The notes beneath the pieces were generated by a model. The model made no database searches. It was not told where the DNA came from and saw only the letters and a list, made by a program, of their open reading frames with translations. A DNA stretch of 64,000 nt. Origin: Planctomycetota bacterium (GTDB lineage Bacteria > Planctomycetota > UBA1135 > UBA2386). Numbering within the stretch: position 1 is the first letter of the stretch; each line of letters starts with the position of its first letter. Position numbers and translations under genes: made by a program. This document shows positions 9,705 to 19,785 of this stretch, in pieces. The stretch lies in assembly GCA_965223545.1 (NCBI GenBank), contig OZ245006.1, forward strand, positions 352,001 to 416,000. The letters run 5' to 3'.

Positions 9705-11540
9705 TCAGTCGCGTGGCGCTGCCGCCAGCCCCTGCAGCGCGGCCAGAACCGCGGGCTCGAACGGCGCCTGCTGCGCGGCGCGACGGACGTCGGCCGCGGC
9801 GGCGGCTGGCTGACCCGCGGCGCGGTGGGCGTCGGCGCGGTCGAGCAACACGGTCCAGTGATCCAGTCCCAACGACACGCTCTCGTCCAGCAGCTCCACC
9901 GCCAGGTCGGGGCGCCCCTGGAGACGGCGCGCGTGCGCCGCGGTGCGGTAGACCAGGCCCTTGGGCGCCTCGAACTCGTGCACTGACAGGGCCGCCGCCA
10001 CCGCCTGATCGTAGCCGGCCGGGTCGCCGGTGCGGCGCGCCGCGGCCGCCAGCGCCCGGCTGAGGAGGAGGCGGAAGAACGGGTTGTTCGCCCCGCGCTC
10101 CACCAGCCAGCGCGCGTGCGCCAGGGCTACCACCGGATCGCCGCGCTCGCCGAGCTGCAGATTCAGCTCGGCGATGCTGCGCCGCGCGGAGACGTAGTCG
10201 GGGTAGCGCGCCACCGCGGCGCGCATGTGGCGGAGCGCCGGCTCCAGCGCGCCCGCCCGCATCGCCAGCGCACCGAGGCTGTAGTGCGCCCGGTAGGACT
10301 CCGGCGCGAGCACCAGCGCGCGGCGCCAGAGCTCGCACTCGTCCCGATAGGCGGCACTGCGCTCGAACGCCACCGCGCCGAAGCCGAGCGCGAAGCTGGC
10401 CGGAATCGCCACGGCAACGGCCCTGAGCCAACCGCGGTCGGCGCGCCGCGGCAGCGCGGCGCCCGCCGCCAGCGCGGCGCCGGCGACCAGGCCGTACATG
10501 CGATGCTCGCTGAGCGGCACGTTGAGCGGCACCACGATCCACGGCAGCGACGTCAGCCAAGCGAGCGCGGTGGCCGCGAACAGCACCGGCCGCCGCGCGG
10601 GTCGCGCCAGCCCCCACGCCGTGAGCCCGCCGATCAGAACGACGCCGAACAGGACCGTCGCGGACGCCGGGCCGCGCACGAACTCGACCGCTGGATCGAG
10701 AGTCAGCGCGTTCGGCCAAACCAGCTGTGCCAAGTAGCCGGGCAGCGCGCTCGCCATCGTGCACAGCTGCGTCAGCAGATCGCGGCCGGCACCGGTCAGC
10801 GGGTCGGCCCCACCGACCACGACGACGCGGGGCAGGGTCGCGGCGCCGAACAGGGCGCGACGGATCAGCAGATAGCCCACCGCGACGGCCACCACCGGCA
10901 GCAGCCGCACCACCACCGCCCGCGGCCGCAGCGCTCCGGACTGCCGCCAATGCACCAGCTCCAGCGCCACGACGAGCGCCGGCAGGACCACCCCGGTCTC
11001 CTTCGCGCCGCACGCGATCACCCCACACAGTGCCACCACCCAGGGCCAGCCGCGCCCCCGCGCCTGGGCGTACAGATGGGCGTGCAGACCGGCCAGCAGC
11101 GCGACCAGAAGCAGGCCCTCGCTGCGCGCCGAGATCATGTTGACGGTCTCCGATACCAGCGGATGCACGGCGAACAGGAGGCCCGCTGCGGCAGCCGCCC
11201 ACCGACCCAGCCCGAGGCGCCGGCCAAGCCCGGCCAGCAGCAGGGCCGCGGCCGCGTGCAGGAGTACGTTGGTCAGCTTGAACATCCAGACCGCACCGCC
11301 GGCGATGGCGTGGTCCACCGCGAACGTGGTGAGCAGCACCGGCCGGTACATGCGGTTGTCGAGCGAGCTGAACAGCGTCACGTCGGTGAAGAACGCGGGC
11401 ACGTTGGCGAGCGACCACAGCGCGGTGTTCTCCGCCACCGAGTGGTGGTCGTCGTAGACGAACGCCCCACCGAGGGCCACGCCGTACGCACCGAACGCGC
11501 CCACCAACACCAGGATCCACGGCAACCCAATGCGCTTCAT
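9705..11540 (-). CDS. TMTC-like GT-C membrane glycosyltransferase with C-terminal TPRs
   Basis: True start MKRIGLPW at 11540 (ATGA overlap). FVYDD, YRPV, HPLVSETV, KETG and SEHRMY match the TMTC/DUF1736 pattern; multiple TMs, then TPR-like repeats. Confidence 0.75.
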   Translation of the reverse strand: MKRIGLPWILVLVGAFGAYGVALGGAFVYDDHHSVAENTALWSLANVPAFFTDVTLFSSLDNRMYRPVLLTTFAVDHAIAGGAVWMFKLTNVLLHAAAALLLAGLGRRLGLGRWAAAAAGLLFAVHPLVSETVNMISARSEGLLLVALLAGLHAHLYAQARGRGWPWVVALCGVIACGAKETGVVLPALVVALELVHWRQSGALRPRAVVVRLLPVVAVAVGYLLIRRALFGAATLPRVVVVGGADPLTGAGRDLLTQLCTMASALPGYLAQLVWPNALTLDPAVEFVRGPASATVLFGVVLIGGLTAWGLARPARRPVLFAATALAWLTSLPWIVVPLNVPLSEHRMYGLVAGAALAAGAALPRRADRGWLRAVAVAIPASFALGFGAVAFERSAAYRDECELWRRALVLAPESYRAHYSLGALAMRAGALEPALRHMRAAVARYPDYVSARRSIAELNLQLGERGDPVVALAHARWLVERGANNPFFRLLLSRALAAAARRTGDPAGYDQAVAAALSVHEFEAPKGLVYRTAAHARRLQGRPDLAVELLDESVSLGLDHWTVLLDRADAHRAAGQPAAAAADVRRAAQQAPFEPAVLAALQGLAAAPRD

Positions 11541-12745
11541 CGCGACGCCGCCCCCGACGCGATCACGCTCTCCCCGCGCGGGCGAGGTCCCGCAGCGCTC
11601 GGTCCCGGAAGCGAAGCGGTCTCGATGCCGGCCTGTGCCAGTGCGAGCCGCAGCGAGGCGGCAACCGCGCCGCTGGAAAAGCGCCGGTCGTAGGCGGGCC
11701 GGGCCGCGGCGGCCCGCGCCGCCAAACCCTCTGCATCGTCGCGCGCCGCCCCGAGCGCGCGGCCGATCGCCGCCGGATCGCCGGGTGGCACGAGCAGCGC
11801 CGCCGCGGCCGCGGCTCGTCGCACGGGTGGCGCGTCGACAGTCAGCACCGGACGCCCCGCGGCCAGCGCGTGCATCACCTTGAACGGCACTACGCGCGAC
11901 GCCTTGGCCGAGGCGCCGAACACGCCACACACCAGATGGGCCGCCGCGATCGCGCTGTCGAGATCGGGACGGTCGACGAACACCGGGCCGAGGCGCACTC
12001 CACCGTGGGCCGCGGCACGGCGCCGGTCTTCTTCGCCACCGCCGATCAACGTCAGCTCGACGCCGGAGGCCCCCACGGCGGCGTCCAGCAGGTGCCGCAG
12101 GCCGTGCAGCGGAACGCCGGTGCCGAAGAACAGCGCGCGCAGCGGCGCGCCGGCGCGCGGCGGCTCGAACCGCGGCGCTTCCGCCGGCGCCCACGGATCG
12201 GACACCGGTACCCATGAGAACCGCTCGCCGCCGACACCGACGATCTCGGCGACCGCCTGCGCGTGCTCGGGGGTGTCGAGCAAGACGACGTCCGCGGCGC
12301 GGCAGGCGCGGCGGTCCAGCGCGCTGAACACCGCGCCTGCCGCCCGCCCGGCACCGAGCAGCTGCCGGTCGCCGACCACGGTGTCGTAGGCGGACAAGAA
12401 CAGGTCGAGTACGATCGGACCGTCGAAGCAGCGCCGCAGCCATGGTGCGACCAGGTGGCCCGGGTAGGGGATCAAGACGACGTCCGGGCGGTGGGCGGCC
12501 AGCGCGGCGCGCACCTGGCGCCGAGTTCCGCTGCCCGACGCCAGAACGCGCGGCACCGCGCGCGCCATCGCCCCCCACGAGGACAGAGCCCGTCGCTTGG
12601 CAGCGCCGGCGAACGGCGTCGGCAGCCGACACTCCACGACGTCGAGCGGCAGCGCGCGCAAGCCCGCCAGCAACGCGGCGGGCCGGGGGTAGCCGGGACC
12701 GGTATCCCAGCAACCACAGACCATGATCTTGGCCACGGACCTCAC
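11537..12745 (-). CDS. Glycosyltransferase family 4 (GT-B)
   Basis: FFGTGVPLHG, VPFKVMHALAAGRPVL, LLVPPGDPAAI; overlaps both neighbours by 4 nt. Confidence 0.8.
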   Translation of the reverse strand: MRSVAKIMVCGCWDTGPGYPRPAALLAGLRALPLDVVECRLPTPFAGAAKRRALSSWGAMARAVPRVLASGSGTRRQVRAALAAHRPDVVLIPYPGHLVAPWLRRCFDGPIVLDLFLSAYDTVVGDRQLLGAGRAAGAVFSALDRRACRAADVVLLDTPEHAQAVAEIVGVGGERFSWVPVSDPWAPAEAPRFEPPRAGAPLRALFFGTGVPLHGLRHLLDAAVGASGVELTLIGGGEEDRRRAAAHGGVRLGPVFVDRPDLDSAIAAAHLVCGVFGASAKASRVVPFKVMHALAAGRPVLTVDAPPVRRAAAAAALLVPPGDPAAIGRALGAARDDAEGLAARAAAARPAYDRRFSSGAVAASLRLALAQAGIETASLPGPSAAGPRPRGESVIASGAASR

Positions 12746-13737
12746 TCGCGGCTACTGCGCTCCATGCGCAGCGCGGCGACCTGCTCCGAGATCAAGCCCA
12801 GGCCGAAGATGACGGTCGCCTGCGTCAGCAGGAACACGGCCATGTTGGTGAACCGGCTCTGGCTGAAGTAGGTGTAGCCGTACCACGCCAAGCCCATTGC
12901 GGCGAACGCCAGCGCCAGCGGCCCGAACACCCGCAGGGGAGCGAAGAACGTGGCGATCCGCATGATGATCAACAGGAACCGGCTGCCATCCCGCAGCAGG
13001 CGGATGTGGCTCTTGCCCTGCCGGCGGCGCACGACGATGTCGCAGAAACCGACGGCGTAACCGCCGCGCAGCATGGCGAGCGTGATCGTCGTCGGGTAGC
13101 TGAACGTGTTGGGCAGCAGATAGGCGTAGCTCTTGGCGACTTCCGCCCGCATCAGCCGGTAGCCACTGGTGAGGTCCGGGATCGGCCGGCTGGTGACGTA
13201 GCTCGCCAGCCCGTTGTAGACCTTGTTGGCCAGGTTGCGGTGCCAGTCACCCCCACTGCCGCCGCGCGAGCCGACGACCATGTCGTGGTCCGCCGCCATC
13301 CGCAGCATGCCGGGGATGTGCTCCGGCGGGTGCTGGCCGTCGCCGTCGAGCAGGAGGATCCACTCGGCGGTCGCCGCCCGAATGCCGCGCTTCACCGCGG
13401 CACCGTTCCCCAGGCTGCGCGGGTGCCGGAGCACGCGCGCGCCGCAGCGCCGGCCGATCTCGGCGGTGTCGTCCTCGCTGCCGTCATCGATCAGCAGCAG
13501 CTCGTAGCGCAGGCCCGTCTGCGCGCGCAGCACCGTCTGCAGCTCCACCAGGAGGGCGTCCAGGCCGGCGGCCTCGTTCTTCGCCGGGATCACCACCGAC
13601 AGCGACCGCACCGCCGCCTCCGGGGCGGGCGCGCCGTCGGACACCCGCTCCGGCAGGTCGCCGGTCGCCATCAGAGTCGCGACCTGCGCGCGGCCCTCGG
13701 TTGCCGAAACGATCATGCCATCGGGCCTATCGACCAC
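12742..13737 (-). CDS. Glycosyltransferase family 2 (DPM1 / polyprenol-phosphate glycosyltransferase-like) with C-terminal TMs
   Basis: SVVIPAKNE, IDDGSEDDT, LLDGDGQHPP, DLTSGYR and two C-terminal TMs. Start uncertain (13737, 13718-13672 region). Confidence 0.85.
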   Translation of the reverse strand: MVDRPDGMIVSATEGRAQVATLMATGDLPERVSDGAPAPEAAVRSLSVVIPAKNEAAGLDALLVELQTVLRAQTGLRYELLLIDDGSEDDTAEIGRRCGARVLRHPRSLGNGAAVKRGIRAATAEWILLLDGDGQHPPEHIPGMLRMAADHDMVVGSRGGSGGDWHRNLANKVYNGLASYVTSRPIPDLTSGYRLMRAEVAKSYAYLLPNTFSYPTTITLAMLRGGYAVGFCDIVVRRRQGKSHIRLLRDGSRFLLIIMRIATFFAPLRVFGPLALAFAAMGLAWYGYTYFSQSRFTNMAVFLLTQATVIFGLGLISEQVAALRMERSSRE

Positions 13738-13772
13738 CGCCGGCAGCCGACTTGATGGCGGTTAAGCGGCAA

Positions 13773-13805
13773 GAAGCCGCCCCTCGTTGCCGAGGGAGCG
13801 GCTTC
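13773..13805 (-). terminator. Putative intrinsic terminator after the pilin gene
   Basis: GAAGCCGC-CCCTCG-ttgc-CGAGGG-a-GCGGCTTC hairpin about 30 bp past the pilin stop; weak U-tract. Confidence 0.55.
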
Positions 13806-13836
13806 CGGCCGTTGCCCCAGAGGGACGGTGCGTCGA

Positions 13837-14538
13837 TCAGTTGACGACGACCCAGCGCTGGTTGTCCAGGCCGGTGGAGTTGGCGGCGTTGGTGCTGCCC
13901 ATGTTCGCGCTGGTGATGCCAGTCAGGAACGCGGCGGTCACGGCCGGAGTGGTCGTGGTGCCGTTGTAGCGCGTGACGCTGTTGCGGCCGGAGAGCACGT
14001 CACCCTGCTGGTTGACGAAGAACACCCGCTTGCCGGAGTTGCCGTAGCTGGTCGGCCAGGCGTAGCACATCCACATGACCTCGGAGGTCGAGGCACCGAT
14101 GGTGACGCCACTGCCGCCGCCCGAGGCCGCCTCGGACTGCGCCACGGCCGAGCCGTTCGGCAGGTACAGCTGGAAGAAGTAGCCCGAGCGCTGCACGCGC
14201 GCGCTGATGACGTTGGTGAAGGCGCCCGACAGGAACGGCGGGCTGATGCGCTCGGTGCCGACGCCGCCGGTCTCGTTGTTGCGGACGGCAGTGCCGCCGG
14301 CGAGCTCGGCGAAGAAGCCGTACTCACCCGCGCCGTTGTTGTTGGTGTCGATGATGCCGGAAGCCTGGCACTGCGACTGGGCGGACGAGATGTTCTTCAG
14401 CGTGGCGATCGCGGCCGACTCATTGGCGTTGAGCCGCGCGCTGAGCAAGTTCGGAATCGCGATCGACGCGATGATGGCGATGATCGCAACCACGATCATC
14501 AGCTCGATGAGGGTGAAACCCTGTTCGCGCTTGGTCAT
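13837..14538 (-). CDS. pilA: Type IV pilin (probable major pilin), 233 aa
   Basis: Class III leader MTKREQG|FTLIELMIVVAIIAIIASIAIP with E5; own long upstream region and downstream hairpin; Ser/Thr-rich C-terminus. Confidence 0.85.
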   Translation of the reverse strand: MTKREQGFTLIELMIVVAIIAIIASIAIPNLLSARLNANESAAIATLKNISSAQSQCQASGIIDTNNNGAGEYGFFAELAGGTAVRNNETGGVGTERISPPFLSGAFTNVISARVQRSGYFFQLYLPNGSAVAQSEAASGGGSGVTIGASTSEVMWMCYAWPTSYGNSGKRVFFVNQQGDVLSGRNSVTRYNGTTTTPAVTAAFLTGITSANMGSTNAANSTGLDNQRWVVVN

Positions 14539-14880
14539 TTCTTTCTCCCTATTGCGTGGACTGTGACGCGGACCTCCCGCAGGCCCGGCCCGACTCTCCC
14601 TCTCCGGGGACCCCCCGATCCCGACGGCAACACACCGCGATCACGGTTGGGCGCCGAGGTCCAGCGGACTGCGCTTCGTTGTTTCGCGAAGCCCACTGAA
14701 GAACGGCATGTGGAGGCCTATCGATCCGCTCGAGGGGGCGTCTTTAGTACTGCCCAGAGGAATCTCGCAACGGTGCCAGGCGCGCTATCGGAGTCGGCGA
14801 TGCCATCGCGACAACGGCGCGTGCGGCCCGGTCGAAGCGCCGCGAGCCCCTGAGCGCGTCCCGAGCGAGGCGGCGGCGCC

Positions 14881-15435
14881 TCAGCCGGCCGGCGTGGCCG
14901 ACGCGGGGCCGGCTGCCGCCTTGGCCGGATCCGCCCGCAGGATCTTCTCCACCCAAGGGCGGTTGGCCGGCAGGAAGCTGGCCTCGTGTTCATGCAGGAG
15001 AGCGCGGGCGCTGTCGGTATCGCCCTGCAGGGCCAACAGCTGGGCTTCCTTCATCAGCGACTGGTCGCGCTGCTCCGGTGTGCACTGCGGCATGCCGCGC
15101 ATCGCGCGGTAGTGCCCCAGCGCCGCGGCGGAGTCCCCCTGCAGGTAGGCGAACACGGCGCGATACTCGCGCAGCGCGACCAGCTCGGGTTGCTGCCGCT
15201 CGATGCGGTCGAGGTAGTCCTCGACAGTGCTGACGATACGCTCCCGCTCGGCCACCGGGGCTCCGTCCTCGGTCTTCGCCGGCATCATCGCCATCAGCCG
15301 CAGCTGGACCTCGACCGAGTTGGCCAAGGTCAGGACGTCGGGCTCGGCCTCGTAGACGAACCCGCCCCAGACCAGCCCGCCCGCGATCAGACAAGCACCG
15401 CCGTAGCCGGCGATCCGTTGCGCCATCTTGCTCAT
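14881..15435 (-). CDS. Hypothetical membrane-anchored helical (TPR-like) protein
   Basis: Start MSKMAQ at 15435; N-terminal TM; helical body; lies between pilC and pilA. Confidence 0.65.
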   Translation of the reverse strand: MSKMAQRIAGYGGACLIAGGLVWGGFVYEAEPDVLTLANSVEVQLRLMAMMPAKTEDGAPVAERERIVSTVEDYLDRIERQQPELVALREYRAVFAYLQGDSAAALGHYRAMRGMPQCTPEQRDQSLMKEAQLLALQGDTDSARALLHEHEASFLPANRPWVEKILRADPAKAAAGPASATPAG

Positions 15436-15583
15436 GCCACACTCCTTTGCCTGCCACCGCGCGATGCGCGGTGTCTTGCCGCTGGCCCGTGCCAGCGGTG
15501 TTCTTCTTGGCTCACGTGCCGGGGCGTGAGCAGCGCGCCGGCCAGGTGCGCGCGGCGGACCGCGCGCCTGCGCCGGCAGCCTG

Positions 15584-16822
15584 CTATCCGCCGGACAGCT
15601 TCTCTTGCAGCTTGAAGATCGGCAGGAACACCGCGAGCACGATGCCACCGACGACGAAGCCCATGATTGCGATCATGATCGGCTCGATCAGGGACGTCAG
15701 TCCCTTGACCTCAGCCTCGACCTGCTGGTCGTAGAACTCGGAGATCTTCTCCAGCAGCGAGTCGAGCGCACCGGAACGCTCGCCGATGCCGATCATCTTG
15801 GTCACCATCGGCGGGAACACCGGGTGTTCGGCAAACGGCGCCGACAGGGTCTCGCCTTGCTTGACGCTGTCCCGCGCCTGCTCGACGATCCTCGAGATCA
15901 CGCGGTTGCCGACCGTCTCCGACACGATCTCCATCGCGCCGAGGATCGGCACACCGCTCTTGACCAGCGTCGAGAACGTGCGCGCGAAGCGCGACAGGCC
16001 GACCTTCTTGAACAGCGAGCCGAACACCGGCACGCGCAACATCATCGCGTCCCAGATGTAGGCGCCCTTTTCGGTCGTCTTCCACGTCTTGATGCCGAAG
16101 ATCGCCGCGGCGATGGCGCCGAAGATCACGTACCACTGGGCACGCATGAACTCCGCCGCGTCCATGATCGCGACCGTCAGCGCGGGCAGGTCCACCTCGA
16201 GCGATTCGAACACCGGCCGGAACGACGGTACGATGCCGATCATCAAGAACGAGGCGATGCCGAAGACCAAGAACAACGACACGACCGGATAGGTCATCGC
16301 CGACTTGATCTCCTGGCGCAGGTGGGCGGCGGCCTCGAGATACTCGGCCAACCGGGTCAGGATGATGTCGAGCTGGCCGGAGACCTCGCCGGCGCGGATC
16401 ATGCTGACGTAGATGTCGGAGAACACCTTGGGGTGCGGCTCCAACGCCTTGGACAGATCGGCGCCCGAGCGAATGTCGTCGACCACCTGGTTGAGGCAGT
16501 AGCCGAAGCCAGGGCTCTCCGCCTGCTCGGAGAGGATCTCCAGCGCCTCGAGCATCGGGATGCCCGCCGCCAGCATGGTCGACAGCTGGCGGGTGAAGAC
16601 CTCCAGCTCGCCCTTCTTGACCGATGACTTCTTGGCGCCCTTCTTGCGCTTCTGGGCACCAGTCCCTTTGCCGCGGCCGGCACCCGCCTTCTTGATCTGA
16701 ATGGGCGTCAGCGATCGGCGGCGCAGGTCCGCCACCACGTCGGTCTGCGAGTTGGCCGTGATCGTGCCGTTCACCGTGCGGCCCGAAGCGTCCTTCGCCT
16801 GGTACTTGAATGTCGTCGCCAT
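15584..16822 (-). CDS. pilC: T4P/T2SS platform protein PilC/GspF
   Basis: FTRQLSTMLAAGIP, AGEVSGQL, AMTYP, GERSGAL, LIEP, LPIF. Confidence 0.95.
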   Translation of the reverse strand: MATTFKYQAKDASGRTVNGTITANSQTDVVADLRRRSLTPIQIKKAGAGRGKGTGAQKRKKGAKKSSVKKGELEVFTRQLSTMLAAGIPMLEALEILSEQAESPGFGYCLNQVVDDIRSGADLSKALEPHPKVFSDIYVSMIRAGEVSGQLDIILTRLAEYLEAAAHLRQEIKSAMTYPVVSLFLVFGIASFLMIGIVPSFRPVFESLEVDLPALTVAIMDAAEFMRAQWYVIFGAIAAAIFGIKTWKTTEKGAYIWDAMMLRVPVFGSLFKKVGLSRFARTFSTLVKSGVPILGAMEIVSETVGNRVISRIVEQARDSVKQGETLSAPFAEHPVFPPMVTKMIGIGERSGALDSLLEKISEFYDQQVEAEVKGLTSLIEPIMIAIMGFVVGGIVLAVFLPIFKLQEKLSGG

Positions 16823-16841
16823 CTCTTGTTTTCCCGCGAAC

Positions 16842-18554
16842 TCAGTCCGCCATCGTCACTCGCTCGATCTCCTCGAGGCTGGTCTTGCCCCGGCCCACGT
16901 TCATCAGGCCGCATCGACGCAGCGTGAGCATGCCCTCGCTCAGCGCTTGCGCCTTGACGTCCGCGATGTGGGCTCGGTTGACCACCAACCGCTTGACCTC
17001 GTCGCTCATCCGCATGGTCTCCAGCAGAGCGAAGCGGCCCTTGTATCCGTGTGTGCACCGGCTGCAGCCCTTGGGCTGAAACACCTGGAAGTCCTCGACC
17101 TCGAGGTCTTCCTCGGTGTACCCAGCCGCCAACAGAGCGTCCTTGCCGATCTGCAGCGGCACCTTGCAGTGCGTGCACAGCACGCGCGCCAGACGCTGGG
17201 CGCAGATCAGGATGGTCGAGCTCGCCACCATGAACGGGTCCATGCCCATGTCGACCATTCGAGTGATCGTCGACGGGGCGTCGTTGGTGTGCAGCGTGCT
17301 CAGCACCAAGTGGCCCGTGAGCGCCGCCTTGACCGCGATCTCCAGGGTCTCCTTGTCGCGAATCTCGCCGAGCAAGACGACATCGGGGTCCTGACGCAGA
17401 ATCGAGCGGAGCGCACCGGCAAACGTCATCCCGCGCTTGGGGTTGACCGGCACCTGGTTGATGCCCGCCATGGTGTACTCGACCGGATCCTCCACCGTGA
17501 CCAGGTTGATCTCCGGGTTGGCGATGTGCGCCACCGCCGAGTAGAGCGTCGTCGACTTGCCCGATCCCGTCGGCCCGGTGACGAGGATCATCCCGTAAGG
17601 CCGATCGATCGCCCACATGTAGTCGTCCATGCTGCGCTGCTCGAAGTTCAGCGAGTGGATGTCGAGGGCGAGGTTGGACGAGTCGAGGATGCGGAAGACG
17701 ACCTTCTCGCCCCATACCACCGGCAGCACCGAGACGCGAAAGTCGATCGCGTGCTTGCCGATCTTCATCTGGATCTTGCCGTCTTGCGGCCGCTGCTTCT
17801 CGGCGATGTCCAGCTTGGACATGATCTTGATGCGCGACGTCACGTTGTTCTGCATGCGCTTGGGCAGCGACAACGCCTCGACCAAGCGCCCGTCCCGCCG
17901 GTAGCGCACGACGACCTTCTTCTCGAACGGCTCGATGTGAATGTCGCTCACACCGGACATGCAGGCGTCGGCGATGATCTTGTTGACCATCTTCACCACC
18001 GGGCCTTCCTCGTCGCTCAGCGCGGTCAGGTCGAGGGTGCTGTCCTCCTCCTCACCCTCGCCCTTGACCTCGAGGTCACCGCCTTCGAACGACTCGAGGA
18101 TTTCGCCAACGCTCTCCTCGTCGGTCTTGTAGGCGACCGGCAGCGTGCGCTCCAACGCCTCCTGGGTCGTCACCACCGGCCGCAGCTGGCAGCCGGTGAT
18201 GATCCGGATGTCGTCCAGCTTGAGTACGTCGAACGGGTTGGCGACCGCCACGGTCAGCATCGCGCCGATGCGCTCGAGCGGGAAGACCTGGTACTCCTTG
18301 GCGACGTCGAGCGGAATCGACTCCAGGATCTCCTTGTCGACGGTGACTTTGGCCAGATCGATCGGCGGACAATTCGCCGCCTGTGCCAGCCAGTACAGCA
18401 CCTCTCCCTCGGTGAGGATGCCCTTCTTGACCACCAGCTCGGTCAGCGGTCGCTGCTCTTGCTGCACCGCCGCCATCAGCTCTTCGCCTTGCTCGGCTTC
18501 GAGCTTGCCGGCCTTCTCGAGGATCGCGCGGACTTTCTTCGACAGTTGGATCAT
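16842..18554 (-). CDS. pilB: T4P assembly ATPase PilB/GspE
   Basis: SDIHIEP, Walker A GPTGSGKST, LRQDPD, TGHLVLSTLHTN, tetracysteine CTHC...CSRC, N-terminal extension. Confidence 0.95.
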   Translation of the reverse strand: MIQLSKKVRAILEKAGKLEAEQGEELMAAVQQEQRPLTELVVKKGILTEGEVLYWLAQAANCPPIDLAKVTVDKEILESIPLDVAKEYQVFPLERIGAMLTVAVANPFDVLKLDDIRIITGCQLRPVVTTQEALERTLPVAYKTDEESVGEILESFEGGDLEVKGEGEEEDSTLDLTALSDEEGPVVKMVNKIIADACMSGVSDIHIEPFEKKVVVRYRRDGRLVEALSLPKRMQNNVTSRIKIMSKLDIAEKQRPQDGKIQMKIGKHAIDFRVSVLPVVWGEKVVFRILDSSNLALDIHSLNFEQRSMDDYMWAIDRPYGMILVTGPTGSGKSTTLYSAVAHIANPEINLVTVEDPVEYTMAGINQVPVNPKRGMTFAGALRSILRQDPDVVLLGEIRDKETLEIAVKAALTGHLVLSTLHTNDAPSTITRMVDMGMDPFMVASSTILICAQRLARVLCTHCKVPLQIGKDALLAAGYTEEDLEVEDFQVFQPKGCSRCTHGYKGRFALLETMRMSDEVKRLVVNRAHIADVKAQALSEGMLTLRRCGLMNVGRGKTSLEEIERVTMAD

Positions 18555-19636
18555 CGGCTACGCGCGCCGCGAGGTGATCTCTGGATCAACCGCTGGAAGT
18601 CGGTCGGATCTGGGGCGTGGAAGATGGCGTCCTCGTAGGTGATCTGGCCGGAGCGATAGAGCTCGTAGATCGACTGGTTCATGGTGCGCATGCCCAGCTG
18701 ACCCCCGGTCTGGATCAACGACGCGATCTGGTGCGCCTTGTCGTCGCGGACCAGGGCGCGGATCGCCGGGTTGACGACCATCACTTCGGCAGCCAGACAG
18801 CGCCCCTTGCCCTGCGCCCGTGGCAGCAGCACCTGGCTCATCACCGCCTGGAGGGTGAACGACAGCATCGTGCGGATCTGCTGCTGCTGGTGCGCCGGGA
18901 ACACGTCGACGATGCGGTTGATCGTCTGCACCGTGTCCGAGGTGTGCAGGGTGGCGAACGTCAAGTGCCCGGTCTCGGCCAGCGTCAAGGCCGCCTCGAT
19001 CGTCTCCAGGTCGCGCATCTCGCCGACCAGCACCACGTCCGGGTCCTGGCGCAGGACCGAGCGGAGGGCGCGGGAGAACTTGTGGGTGTCGCTGCCGACC
19101 TCGCGCTGGTTGACCAGGCAGCGGCGGTTGCGGTGCAGGAACTCGATCGGGTCCTCGATGGTGACGATGTGCCCGTAGCGCCGCCGGTTGATGAAGTCGA
19201 CGAGCGATGCCAGCGTGGTCGACTTACCCGAACCGGTGGCGCCGGTGCACAGCACCAGCCCCTTCTGCAGGCCGCAGATCCACTCGCAGACCCCCTCCGG
19301 CAGCCCCAGCTGCTCGAAGCTGAAGGTCTCGAAAGGAATCACCCGGAACACGGCAGCCACCGTGCCGCGCTGGATGAACGCGTTGGTACGAAAGCGACCG
19401 AGGTTGGAGACGCCGAAGGAGAAGTCGAGCTCGAGCTCCTTCTCGAACCGCGCCACCTGGTCCGCGGACAGCACCGAGTAGACCAGCTTCTTGGCCAGCT
19501 CCGGGTTCACCGGATCGAACTCGGTGTCCTGCACCCGACCGTCGACGCGAATCCGCGGCGGCGACCCCACCGATAGGTGAAGATCGGACCCGCCACGCTG
19601 AACCATCAGGTTCAACAGCTCTTCCATCGATACCAT
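18551..19636 (-). CDS. pilT: Retraction ATPase PilT
   Basis: SDLHL, GATGSGKST, LRQDPD, GEMRDLET, and the AIRALVRD variant of AIRNLIRE. Confidence 0.95.
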   Translation of the reverse strand: MVSMEELLNLMVQRGGSDLHLSVGSPPRIRVDGRVQDTEFDPVNPELAKKLVYSVLSADQVARFEKELELDFSFGVSNLGRFRTNAFIQRGTVAAVFRVIPFETFSFEQLGLPEGVCEWICGLQKGLVLCTGATGSGKSTTLASLVDFINRRRYGHIVTIEDPIEFLHRNRRCLVNQREVGSDTHKFSRALRSVLRQDPDVVLVGEMRDLETIEAALTLAETGHLTFATLHTSDTVQTINRIVDVFPAHQQQQIRTMLSFTLQAVMSQVLLPRAQGKGRCLAAEVMVVNPAIRALVRDDKAHQIASLIQTGGQLGMRTMNQSIYELYRSGQITYEDAIFHAPDPTDFQRLIQRSPRGARSR

Positions 19637-19785
19637 GGCTGCTTCCCACGACCCGTGCGCGACTGTGGCGCTGTGGCCGTTCGTGCCATGGTTATCGACC
19701 GCGCCCCGCTCCCGTGTTGAGGCGGCCAGCGCACAATCCTCGTCCCGGCGCTAATGGGGCGCCGGGCAAGGTTGTCGAGGCGGCG

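Noticed and set aside
9705..12713. 1002-aa ORF
   Set aside because: The first ~390 codons overlap the GT4 gene in another frame. The real protein starts at 11540.
14764..14780. Sigma-54 site upstream of pilA (TGGCACCGTTGC); similar TGGCACG hits before pilT and rne
   Set aside because: GG-to-GC spacing is not 10 nt, or the -12 element is absent.
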